A stretch of DNA of 53,777 nucleotides from Trichinella spiralis (Eukaryota), in contig NW_003526943.1 of the NCBI RefSeq assembly GCF_000181795.1, positions 1,366,487-1,420,263 on the forward strand, in the 5' to 3' direction. The notes under the pieces are model-generated. The model saw only the letters and a list, made by a program, of their open reading frames with translations, was not told the DNA's origin and did not search any database. Each line of letters opens with the position of its first letter. The stretch's first letter is position 1. Below are positions 37,196 to 50,054 of the stretch, piece after piece. The position numbers were made by a program, and so were the translations under genes.

Positions 37196-39895
37196 ATGCG
37201 CCTTACAGTTTTGCTCAGATCTGTTTCGCAAGGTCTTCACAGAAAAATAGATAGCTATTCGCATTATCGACCGATTGCACTGAATTTGCAGCAGCTGTTA
37301 AATTTTGGTGAGCTAGAATTGCTTTCACCACATTGTATTTAGTCTACTTCGAATGGTTGCATGTTCATGGTGTTCACAAATTTTGCACAAACTAGGCAAG
37401 CGCAAAAATGATTGCCTTTTTGAAATATTTGCTTTTCTGGGCGGTTGTTTTCAATTCTAATTTTTTTCAAGTAATTACAATTCTAAATATTAAAATTATT
37501 ATTTTCGCATGCATTAAATGAAATTTAAAGTAAAAAAAGCAAAAGTGGCATAATATTTCAAAAGAAAAATATTTGCAGCATGTAGCAACTGTTTTGCTAA
37601 AATTGCAATTCTAATAAGTTTAAAAATGTTATATTTACGTTGTGCAACGAAATGCGTATGTTGCAGAATTGTTATATTTTTATGTCATGGCTATTTCTAT
37701 TAATAATTTTTTGATCGATGTATTCCCGTTTTATATAGGTGCTGGTTGACAAATTAAAATCAAATGTGCCACAGTTGATAATTTTTCAAACATTCTTATA
37801 AACTGAAGTTTTGTTTTATTCTGTTTTTGAAAATTTTCAATATTTTATAAATTTTGATTAAACATATTCTAGTTTTCTCTGTACTTATTCATGATTATTT
37901 TAATATTTCTTGATGATTGATGCAATTATGTATAATTGAAGTGAATTACTTGTTCAACTAGAATTTTTCTTTTTGCTAAGCATGTTTTATAAATAACTTT
38001 TATCTGTTTAGTATAATATATCTTTTTATCAATGAATGAAAAATTGACTTCAATTGTAAAGTTAAAAGTAATGTTTATTAATTTTTTAGCAAAGGAAGGA
38101 GGCCAGTTGGAATCTTATACGTATCTTCAAAAAGAATTGCTAGTACGATTTGCGAATACAATGAAAGAAATCGAATGTCTTCCAGCGGTGCTTCAGTGTA
38201 CATCTTCTTTGAAAACGGTCAAAAGTTGGTTTTCCGAAAGTTTTTCAGAACTGTTAGAATTTGAGAACGCTCCTCCAACGGAAGAAAATTTTGAGAGGCA
38301 GACTTTATTTTGCAAATTCAGCATGAATATCAGTAAAATGCGTTGTCTCATTTAGATTTACTGAAGCTATTAAAAAAATATATTATCGGCATATGCATGT
38401 GGTGGAAACAGTTGCCGAGGTGATATTATTTTAGGAAATTTTGCCTATTAATGCACATCTTTTATTTCATTTCAGGGTATAATGGATATTGTAAACCATT
38501 CGGAGAAGCAACATCTAGTATTTGAGAAGCATTTGAATTATTTTTTGAATCGATTTTACCTAATGCGCATAAGTAATCGAATGCTCATCAACCAACACAG
38601 TATTGTCATTTTCTAAATAAGAAATTAATAAATGTAGTGAGATTTTTTAAATCAACAATTTAATGTAGTAATGCGATTTGCTAAGCTGAAAAATGATGGA
38701 AAGCATACGTGTGATCGTATAGATCCTGATTGCGATGTTGCCGGAGTATTGGAAGGTCTGTGAAGCAGTGCTATTGTGGCACACATGTAAATATTTTTTT
38801 GATACTTTTTGACAAGTTTCAGAAGCGTATGGCAATGCGAAATTTCTCTGTGAACAGAATTACCTAATGGTACCAGAATTAAAGATTATAGAGCGCAACT
38901 GCAAGTTTTTTTTAATATTTTATGTATAAACTTTGAAATAAGTATGTTAATTAACAGTTATTAAACGCTCGTCAGTTATATAAAAGAATAATCTTAATTT
39001 TAAATAGTTGTGAATTTCTCATTTGAATTATTATTTTCATTTAGTGGAAGACGAAGGGAAGCCAATTCGTATTGCCTATATTCCATCACATTTGTTCCAC
39101 ATCACATTTGAACTTTTGAAAGTAAATTAAAAAATGTAGTAGTTTAAACATTATTATTTAAATTTTCAGTGGAAAAATAATGTGATAATTATTACAATTT
39201 ATTTTTTGAAACATTCAATTTTTAAGAATGCATTACGTGCAGTCGTTGAGCATCATGGCAATAAGGGAACTGATTCTGAATTACCTCCTGTTCAGGTTAC
39301 TATTTATAAAGGAAAAGTTGATTTATCATTGAAAGTATATTATTTTAATTTGACAAATATAACTGGAAAACTAAATTATGGTATTGATTTGTTTACTAGA
39401 TCCACGATGAAGGCGGTGGCATTCCACGAATGGCAATGGATAAACTTTTTGCTTACCATTATACAACTGCTCCTAAGCCTGTTGACCGCTGTCCAATGGT
39501 ATTGTTTGATAAAAATGCAACAATATGTATATATATGAGTTTTTTTATTGGTTTCAGGCTGGGCTTGGATATGGTTTACCTCTTTCTAGATTATACGCTT
39601 GGTATTTTCACGGAGACATGACTGTGGTATCGTTTGAAGGTTTTGGTACGGATGCCTGCATATATTTAAAGGTAATTCTATTTTTGAAATTTTTTGAAAT
39701 ATAATAATATATTTAATTGCCTTCAACATGAATAACATTGTACACTAGGCTTTGGCGGAAAACGCGAACGAACTGTTGCCATTGTTCAATCCCGCAGCGA
39801 AGAAATTTTACGAAAATACTTCCCACTCTCCATGGATACGTTCTCCAGGCCACGACATTGTAGATTCCGGACAGAATGTACGGCCATATGTATAA
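37196..39895 (+). CDS. pdhk-2 (PDK): Mitochondrial pyruvate dehydrogenase kinase, ~11 exons
   Basis: MRLTVLLRS presequence-like start. Motifs [84 protein letters not shown] and [14 protein letters not shown]. Confidence 0.95.
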
Positions 39896-41148
39896 AGAAA
39901 ATAATATTTTCATTCAGTGATATGCTTAGAATTCAAAACAAGTGGAGACTTTGGAAAAAAAATAGTTGGATGATTTGCAAGTTATGAAATAATTAATTTT
40001 TTCCATTCCGATTTATTATACAATGTGTTAATGTTTTATTACACTTGTTCACTACTCTACGAGAACAAAGCTTATAGGCAAAACGAAGAAAAACAGGCTT
40101 CAGAAGCGATAATGAAATTGCACTGATTTTCAATGGTAGTATAATTGAATAAAATGTTAGTTTAATACGGAATTGTAATTTTAACGACGTGAATTTTATT
40201 TCGAAAATCAAAATGTTTAGCAGTAGCTAATCTGAAATGCAAAACTGTAACATTGAATTCTGATATTTACATAATTCAGTAATTCTGGTCTTCCTGCTTA
40301 AGCTATTTTAAACTGTCATTCTATGTTTATCATTTCACAAGAAAGGATCAACCCAAGCAAATGGTACTATTTATTGCTGGTCTGAGTTGAAGTGAGCTTT
40401 TTTTTTTAATTAATGAGAGGCATCAGTGGAGAAGTGGAAACTTCACAAATTGCAGTTGATCATGATTTTTGACATGCAGCATTTTTTATTAACAATTTTG
40501 CTGCAATTGATTTTATGTATTCTTTTCTTTTAGCTGATTTTTATTCAAGTCGAACTTAATGCAGAAATTATTCCACATTTTGCGTGCTAAGTGGCAATGG
40601 AAGCGGAATCTAGCTAACAGACGCTGATTAAATATAAAAGTGGAATGAATGGCTAGATGATTGTGAAATTAGTGATAAAGTTCGGTAAGGCATAAATCAA
40701 TATTAGTTGTCAGACGGAGAACTTTGCACTAGAAAACATTTACTGTAAGCAAATCAAATCAAAAATTTCACGTGAATTCAATTGAGCAGCAGATGCATTT
40801 ATTGTCAAAATTAATTGTTTTGCAGAGACAAATTAATCACCCGGTTTCATATTTAATTTTGAGTTTATACAAAAAATACAAAACTGGCACGTTTGCTTCA
40901 GTAAACTAACTGTAGTTTTGATAGAGAACAAAAAAGTCCATTAGCGCAATTTTTAATATGAACGCTTTGTTTTTAATTAATCAAGTTTTTGATGCAGTCA
41001 AATATGAGATAACGTGAATTATGTTTGTTTTTTCGAAAATATGTTTTCAATTTTGCCATTATTTTGCCTTTTACTTTCAAAAGCAACATTTCTTATTATT
41101 GTCCGTTTAATTTATTAAGAAGCACCAATGAATTTATTAAATTCATTA

Positions 41149-41441
41149 GGGGTAGACATGATTTCCCCCAACGAACTCCCTCTACTTTTTCGCAGTAAAT
41201 TTCATTGGTTGCTGCTCGCAAACATGGTGCTCGCTTATGATTTCGTACAGTGATTGTCCCTGACGTGTCCTGTTTGGTTAGGCAATTTGGAGTTAAGCAC
41301 ACTCTTCCCTCGCTTCAACCTAAGCCCATCTAACTGACAACCAATGAAATTATTTGCGCGCATCACAGCGACAACCAATAAAATTTAGATGAGAAGAAGT
41401 GGGCGGAGTTCGTTGGCAAGAAATCGGTACTATACCGATTT
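41149..41441. mobile_element. ~290 bp MITE-like inverted-repeat element upstream of the kinesin gene
   Basis: 41160-41215 (GATTTC..CCAACGAACTCC..TAAATTTCATTGGTTG) is the imperfect inverted copy of 41365-41425. GC-richer than its flanks. No target-site duplication recognised. Confidence 0.6.
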
Positions 41442-41749
41442 AGTAAATAATTGTAAAATATTGAAAGCTAATTAAATTCATTTCACAATACCAATTTATA
41501 TTTTTTCGTGTTTTTCAAAGAACATTTCTGTTTTGAATGTGCATACTGTAATTTTTAATTTAAACCTGCATTTCTTAATTTTAATCAAAATGTACAGTAT
41601 TTTTTAATGTGTTCATGCAAGCATTAAACTGTAAGTTTTAAATTAAATTAACTGAAGTTGTTTTAAAGTTTACTGCTTAAAGTTCATTTTTCATTCTATT
41701 GAGTATAGAGAGCGCTGGAAAATCTTTTAGCCTCTAAGAACGTATTCTC

Positions 41750-44700
41750 ATGGAAAAATCACAGCGTTTTTTTCCACCATTATCGACACCAGATTTGCCA
41801 AAGAAGTTTTTTTCGAATCCTTTTAGCGGTAAGTTTTGCCCATAATTATTTTTTTGTTAAACTATTTAATCTGTTAGCAGTACAGACATGTTTTTATTAT
41901 TCAGAAAGAAATATTCTTTTTTCACGTATACTCATTGGGATTTCTTTTGTTTTTTGAATTCGTTTGCATACAAGTTGAATGAAATCTTAAAGTTTACTTG
42001 CTTTCTCAATTGAAATTGAAAATTCTCACACAGTTTTGTACTTTTTTGCATTAATGCGTTTCTTATTGTTCGCATTAGTATTCTAAAAAGTGTGGCTTCA
42101 TCCTAAAAAGAATGTTTACTGGAAAAATTAATCGATCAGTTTGAATAATTTGAATAACTTTCACGATTTTTGTGTAATTATGTAGATTAATGTTAAGACG
42201 AATATGCCACTTTTGTATGTTTATTTAATTTTGTCAATGAGTTGGATTTGTTTTTACAAATTGATGGCACTGTTGAAATGAATTTATTTTATTTATTTGT
42301 CGTGCGTTTTAGACATTGATTTGATAATTATGGTTTTCTTGACAAAATTTACTGAATTACGTTTTCGTTCATTCTTCTATCATTTTACAATTGAACATTT
42401 CTTGTATGTCATCAATCATGAAAATTGAAATTCAAGGACACGAAATGAAACTTATTTGCCATTTTTTGTTAAAAATGTGGAATTTTATTATTATTGTTTT
42501 TGAATTTTCAATCAGATGAAAAATTTTTACAAAAATGTCTTCATTTATTTAGAATGCAGAGAAAAAGTAACTAGTGCATCAAAAAATGGAAAGCCTTATA
42601 ATGGGGAAACTGAATCACTATCTTCTGGCGAAAAGGCTTTGACCAACAATGCAGAAATTACTGATGATAGTTGTAATTTATCTATCACTGATGAAGTTGG
42701 CAGTTTGCAAAATAACAATGGTTCGACTGAAGACAATTTGGAGAATAGATCGAGAATTTGTGTAGCGATTCGAGTTCGTCCGGTATTGGAAACGGATCCA
42801 GATAAAATGCCTTATTGCAACAGAGTTGTCCACGTGAATCAGAAACTCAGCTCGATTCGCATAATGAAAGGAAAAGTTGGACAAGAATTTAAATTTAGTC
42901 ACTGTTTTGACAGCAATAGTCAACAGGAAGACATTTTCAATGAATTGAGTGAACCGTTGATCACTCAACTATTGCGTGGAATCAATTGTACCCTCATGGC
43001 ATACGGCCAGACAGGTTCGGGCAAAACGTACAGTATGATGGGTAGTAGCACCAAACCAGGCATCATTCCACGTATTTGTGAAAAGTTGAAGATTCGCCTT
43101 TGTGAAAACGAACCAGAGGTTTGTTTACTGAAAATATGTTTTTTTTATTGAATTGATATTTACTTTTCTTAGATTTTGTCGAAGCTGAAGATGAGCTATT
43201 ATGAAATTTACAACGAGAAAATATATGATTTGCTTGCCGATGGTGATAAATCATGCTCATTAAAAGTTCGTGAGGATCCGAAAACCGGCGCTTTTGTCGA
43301 TGGATTGCGTGCTATTGAAGTTGACAAGAATGCTGATATTCTGGTAAGCAAGTTGTGCAGAGAAATTTTATTGGCTTAATGTGAAACTGCGATGCTTTCA
43401 TTCTGCAGCATTTAATTGCGGTGGGTAACAAACGTCGCATGATGGCAGCTACAAGAAACAATAATCATAGTAGCCGTTCGCATGTGATTCTATCTTTGAA
43501 GTTAGTCCAAGTATGGGTGATTCGTATTTTTGATGAATTTTTATTCAAAAACGAAAATTGATATTTAAATTTATTTGCATAGAATGATAGTTCCAACAAA
43601 ATATTATACAGTTTGTTAAATTTGGTTGATCTCGCCGGTAGTGAAAGCGGTGCTACTTCAGAAAGATTGGATGAAACTTCGAGCATTAATAAATCTTTGC
43701 ATTGTCTTGGACGAGTGATTCAACAACTGCGTGATGGAAGTGCTCACATTAGCTATCGAGATTCAGTTTTAACTAGGTATTGTATTTTCTATTCATAATT
43801 TTATGTAACCTGCTTCTTATTAGCATAAGTATATATTGTCGTTTTACAGACTGTTAAAAGAAAGTCTCGGTGGAAATGCACTTACTACCTTGCTGGCAAC
43901 TGTTACTCCTCTGCATGCTCATATTGAGCAGACGTTGAACACTCTGCGCTATGCTAATTTTGCTAGAGAAGTGGTCAACTATGTTCAAATTAATGAAGCT
44001 TCCACAGTGAATGAAAATCAACGTATCTATATCACCATATCATTTATTATTCAGTGCATTTATTGTTCAGTGTATTTTAATTTTAGTAGTTACAGCTATG
44101 TTGCAAAGTAAATTAGAATATGAGCACAAAATCAAAGAATTGTATATGCTACTTCGCATGTACAAAAATAACGCTGTTGGACAAATGAATTGCGATTTTG
44201 AATCTGTTAGCGACACTACAGTTATTTCTGAAAAAACACTTACAGGAGATAGCATAACTAGTCTGACTGCGGTGAGTGTGAATATGAAAATGTTAAATTA
44301 ATGAAAGAGGAACGCTTTGGTAATTGTTACTGATTTAGGAGAGTGAACTTGATGTCGAAGTTTTGGACAGTCCGTATTTGTTGTGGTTGAGTTCTGAATC
44401 AGATCTGAATTTTTCAGCTATCAGCTTGCCGTTGAAATTGGGCAGCAATAAAATTGGTTGTGATTCTGCTGTTGATATTGTTGTAGAAGGTGTTGTTTAT
44501 TATTTTAACGGCTTTATTGGAAAATGTTTTCCATTCCCATATTCCGCATTGTAGGTACCATGCTTTCTGGTGTTGAATGTACAGTTTTTCGTTCAGTCGA
44601 AGATGTCATTCATGTGGTTCCTGAAATTGGTAAAGAATTGTATGTCAACGGAAAGCAGGTGACCACGCTGACGATGTTAAATTACGGGGATCGGTTGTGC

Positions 44701-47131
44701 TTGGCCGGCGAGCACTTTTTGAAACTTTGTTCAATGAATACCGTTCCAAAATTAAATCCAGGAGAACTTCAAGATGCAAAATTGGAATTTTTGATGTCAC
44801 AAAATCAACGGTACAGTTTTTTTTGCTTACTTTGATATTGGTGAATTGAATGTAGACTATTTTTTTCAGCTTGATTTTGCAATTGGCGAACGCTGCAGCA
44901 CATGACATTAGAGAAGAAATAAAAGAAACTGACGTCAACAATGTAATTCGTTGCAAGCAAATTCTGTACATTCACTGATTTTGACGTTTCTGTTTTTCTT
45001 TTGCTTCAAACAGACTCCATCAAAGGCGAACTTTGCCACTCAAACTGATTCAGTTGAAAATTTTCAAATGGTCAACAAGCCGCTTAAATTCGACTTCAGT
45101 CATTTATTAAACCACAACTTGAACGCACTGTTCGATTTGGAATTGTTTGTCCGAGAAGCGAATTACTTGTGCAAATGTTGGAACGTCCCATATGTAAGAT
45201 GTTCTGGAAAATTAAAAAAAAGAAGGTTGTCTCTATAATGCTTATTGTTCTTTTTTATTCATTCAAGAGTTACACTGTTCAATGTGATCCTGGTTTTGAA
45301 AGCGAAATTCCAACTTTGACCGTGGTCATGCACAATGACATCATGAAAACTGACGTGGATCTGTCTGCTGATTATTTCAGTGAAAATTGGCTAATTCTTA
45401 GAAGTCTACAACAGGTAATAATGATATATTTTTTAATACTTTCTTAAAATTGTCATTTTACGCAGTCGAAAAAGAGGAGTAAATTTAACGATCAGATGGC
45501 AAAAATGTTTTACCAAGCAAAAAGTGGCGAAAGTGTGCACCAGCATCAGATGCCAGATCCACAGACCCAATCACAAAGCGAAACTGCCACGTGGTTTGTC
45601 AAAGTGTTAATGATTTTCATTTTTCTTGGATTTATGTTAAAAATTTATTCAGGGAACAATCATCTGAAAATGGTACGTCTGAAAGTGCTTCGATTTTGTG
45701 TAAGTTTGCAAGTTTACATTACAAGTCCAATGCAACACCATATTTTGAAAAATTGCATATATGTTTTTTTGAAATATAACCACGTATGTATGTTTCAGCG
45801 GAACCATCAGAACAAAATAGAATTGTCGCTTCTGAAACATGGGACAGCTTTGCGGAACGCAATTCTAAAAGTGAATTTATACTGCTTAATGTTTTTAACT
45901 CGCAAAAAGAAAAGAAAATATAAATTTCAGATTGCACGAATTCGAAAACCATTTTGGATTGGTTCCTTTTGTCAGCGAGAAATTTTCACGGATTGTTGGT
46001 GAATTTGTTGAAAAATAACGAAAGTGAAGGGTGTTATTTGTCGAAAAGAAAGAAAGGACAACTGTTGGTTGGTTTTCAAAATTTGCACATCTATGGCCAA
46101 GTTATGGCAGAGATGCCGAACAGTTTCCCCGAATCTGCGTTTTTGATTGGTCAATTGGACGCGGCTATGAACAACTGCTTTGCAGCACTTCTTACTTTTA
46201 TCCAGGTTAATTTTGTTATACTTTTTTAAACCCTTTCTCTGTTTTTATGTGATGGAATCGATTTTAGGTTATCAAAAATGATGAATTCGTAACAAACGAC
46301 AGAGTGAATTCAGTAATAAGAATGCTGTTGAAAGTGTTTGAGACGGTTGGGTGCCTTTGTTTTGTGTTGCCTACTGTAGGCGCCAGCCACACGTTCAAAG
46401 GCAACTGTTCAAATTGCAAAGTAAGCATTGATGTAGTTTTGTTCTTTATTAAACTTGTTATTTTTTTTCAGTTATCTGAAACTTTGTATGGAGCACTGTT
46501 TAAAGGATTGTACAATGGATTTAAGAAAATGGCGGCCGTAGTGGGAAACATGATCGACAGTGAAAATAGTCACGTTCAGAGAGGACAGCGAGAGACTCTT
46601 CGACGAATGGTAAGTTGCAAGCGGATGTGGAAATTCAGCATGAAAAAAAAGCATTGACTTTAATGCAGTTATAATTTTAATAATTTTTACATTTAGTGTT
46701 TGTTCAATTCTATCGAAAAGTTGAGGTGTGTATTGAAAGAATGCAAGCGCAATTCAGAATACACAAATCAAGCAATTTGCAATACTGCATTTCGAATAAT
46801 TCGTCCAATGATGCATTCTGTTAGTTCAACTGCTGGATTTTCTGGTAAGCTGATATTCATCTGTGTGAACAAATTAAATTGAGCACGCTAGCAAATAGTT
46901 TCTAATTTGTTTAATAACTTATACCTTGATTTTTCTATTTTGACAGACCCTGCATTTCGAGCCGAAGCAGTTTTTAATTTGGAACAGCTAACTCTGGATT
47001 TGGAAAGTACCATTTCTGAATCTATGAAGCAAACATGTTGGAATGTCTTGCAATCGATATATCCATATTTAAGCGATTTACACTCTGCATCGAACAATGA
47101 TTTCATTTTTAAATCATACAATTTACAATAA
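41750..47131 (+). CDS. Kinesin-3 family motor with FHA domain, KIF14-like
   Basis: Motifs [18 protein letters not shown] (P-loop), [54 protein letters not shown] and an FHA-like [23 protein letters not shown]-terminal extension, and FVREANYLC stalk motif. First exon 41750-41828 is in phase with 42553. Confidence 0.88.
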
Positions 47132-47697
47132 GAATTTGTTCACGTGTTGTAATATGTTCAGTTTTACTTTTTGCTTTAACTCTTTTTTTCACTGTCAAAT
47201 TAAACTGTTTTATTTTTTTTAATATAAAAGAAAATTGTATATTTAATAAAATGAATATTATTGTTAAAATTCGAAAAATTATTCAACTTCATAAATTGAG
47301 CTATTGAAATATATTTTCAACATGACATATAAGAAGGTAAAATTTAATTGCTTTTTCATTCTACATGCATATAATTGAATTTCCTGCGTGCATAATTTTC
47401 TATTATTTTTTTTTGGAATATGACGAAAGTTCAATAGATTTTTATTTAATTAAGATGATGGGGAACTGGTTGAAAATTTGATTTTTAATTAGAGTAAATT
47501 CAATGCTAATTTGGAAAATGTGAACAGGTGAAGTTTGTTAATTAGGGGAAAACAGTGTAGACTTTGAAGAATCATAAACTCAATTTCTTTGTGTGCATTT
47601 GATGACTACTACATTATTTAAAATTGCCCATTTCCACTTTTGCACTGGTTTTTCTTTTTTAGTTGAATAAACAACGCGTTGCTTCATCTTGCTTATC

Positions 47698-48866
47698 ATG
47701 CGAGGTAGCTGAAAATGAAATTCTTTTAATATTGCACATTAAAAAAATTATTGTTATTATTTTAGAATTGCATTTTCGACTCTTGTTGATTTTCAGCATC
47801 TGCTGTCCTGTAATTTAAAATTTCCATGCAGCTGTTCGATTTGTAAGATAATTAATAACTTCAGGTAGAATTGTTTTCCTGTGGCAATGTGCCCACATTG
47901 GATGATGTGACGTCGTTTCTGCTAGTTTTTTATGCAGAATCAGTTGAAGGGCTGTTCCTGGACTGCATTGGGGTGTTGATTCCTTCGAGAAATTCTACAA
48001 GCTACACGGACATTGCTGTCACTTCACGGTACTGCTTGCAATATGAGTAAGATCGATAAATTTAAAGAGAGAGTCAGTTTCATTTTTCAATAATTGAAAT
48101 TTAGAAATATTGAACATACAAAAGTGATGACATATGAATCTTTTAATCAAGGTTATGAAACTGGTTTTATCAACAGAATTGCGGATATTTACGTGCCTGG
48201 CAAAAATGACACAAACAGAGCAAAATGGCAAGCACCGCCGAATATTGCTATAATTAAGCTGCGAATACCGATTGCATTTAAATACAATGTGCAGCCGATT
48301 TGTCTTCCAGAAGTGAACGAAATTATCACAGTTGACCACCGGTGCTTTTTTTATCGATTCAGCAGAATTGGATACACAGTGTCATATTTTATGCCGTTGG
48401 GATTGAAAGTACTTCCGCATGAGTATTGTAAGATGATGATTGGGTCTTCAAGACTGGATAGTTCAACTCAGTTGTGCTGCGAAGAACGAAATTTATTCTC
48501 CACATTGCATACTGAATTTGTATATATTTTCGTTTTTTATCTTCTCTCTAATCAGCTGTTACATTTTTTGTTTTTCAATCTTAATTAAGCAAGTCATCAA
48601 TTTGGCACACCATTTTGCTATTTTAAATAATTTTAACTTCGAGCATTCATCAATGTTGGTATTTTTAGATGTACAATATGGTTCCTGATGGCTCTTCACT
48701 GATTTGCAAAAAACGTGACACATTTTATTTTTTTGGAGTTCAAGACTGGATATGGTTTCCAAAACCGAGAAGCTATCCACGTCCAATTGTTATATTTACT
48801 GCCATTTCAGCGTTTGTAAATCGCATTAATTTTCTTGTAAACAGCACAAGCGAAGTTCCTTTTTAA
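47698..48866 (+). CDS. Secreted trypsin-fold serine protease homologue 4, catalytic triad absent
   Basis: Exons 47698-47704, 47766-47809, 47865-48046, 48105-48519, 48669-48866. Signal-like MRELHFRLLLIFSICCP. Motifs AVTSRYC, PNIAIIKL, VQPICLP and PDGSSLIC. Confidence 0.87.
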
Positions 48867-50054
48867 GAAATTGAACCAACAATGTCGACATGCCATTCCT
48901 CTTTTTAACTTGTTCATAAATTTATCAATAAAATAGGACTGCATATTACAATTCGAAAGAAAATGATATTATCAACGTCAGTGTTGAAAAAATAATCAAA
49001 TCAAATAAATTGCAATTGGTTTGCAAAATCGGAATGCTGAAATTCCTGAATAGTACGGGAGTTAGCTTTAGAATTTATACTGCATTGACATTTGAATTTG
49101 TTTTTCAAAAATTATTTACCTTTTCTTGATGCTAAATTTTTTTTGTGATGCTAATATAAATTTATAACTTTGAAATTATTTAATATTATTTTCATTCATA
49201 GAGTGCTCATGCCCTTTCATTAAATAAATTTATTTTCTGCTGAGTTGTTATCCAGTGCAGAAATATTCATTGGTAAAATTACAAAGTAACATGCGAATGC
49301 TAATTCTTAAGAGCAGCAGCACATTTATTCAAAGAACAACATAGTTAAGTAAATCCAACTAATATCTTTAACTGATATAAAATAAAAATTAATCATTGTT
49401 ATTGTTACTGAAAGTGTTTACTAATAATGCAAGAAACTTAATGCCAAAGAATATCACTGATATTTTACAATACAACCTTTGAAATATACTAAATTTTGCC
49501 GCAATAATCTTGTCTATCGTTAAATGAAATGTACGATAAGTGATAACTTATAACGCATAAACTTCTTAGTAACTGATAAAAGTCAGTTAATGATTCATAA
49601 ACATAAATTTGTTTAACAAAAGCTCAAGCCTAAAAAATCAATAATAATAAGATAATACTGAGAAATAAAACTTAATTTCTATCTTGCTGCGACAATGGGC
49701 AATAAATAAATAAAATAGCCATTTAAAAAATGTGGAATGCAAAGGAAATATGAACTGTTCTTTTGCCTGCTAAATTAAATTGCAGAACGAAATTGCAAAA
49801 CCAGAAGAATAAAGATGACTGTACATTAATAGAATGTACATATTATATAATGAAAATTATAATTGGAATATTTTCTATATTTAGAACACAACATTTAAAT
49901 TTTATCAACAAAATAAGCATTATATCTTGAATTAAGTAATTAAAATTCTATAATAATCTGTATAACATAATTTGTTTTATTAGAAATTATTTATATAATG
50001 CATGAATTGCTTTAATAATCATTGATGCAATTGAATACATTTCTGATTCACATA

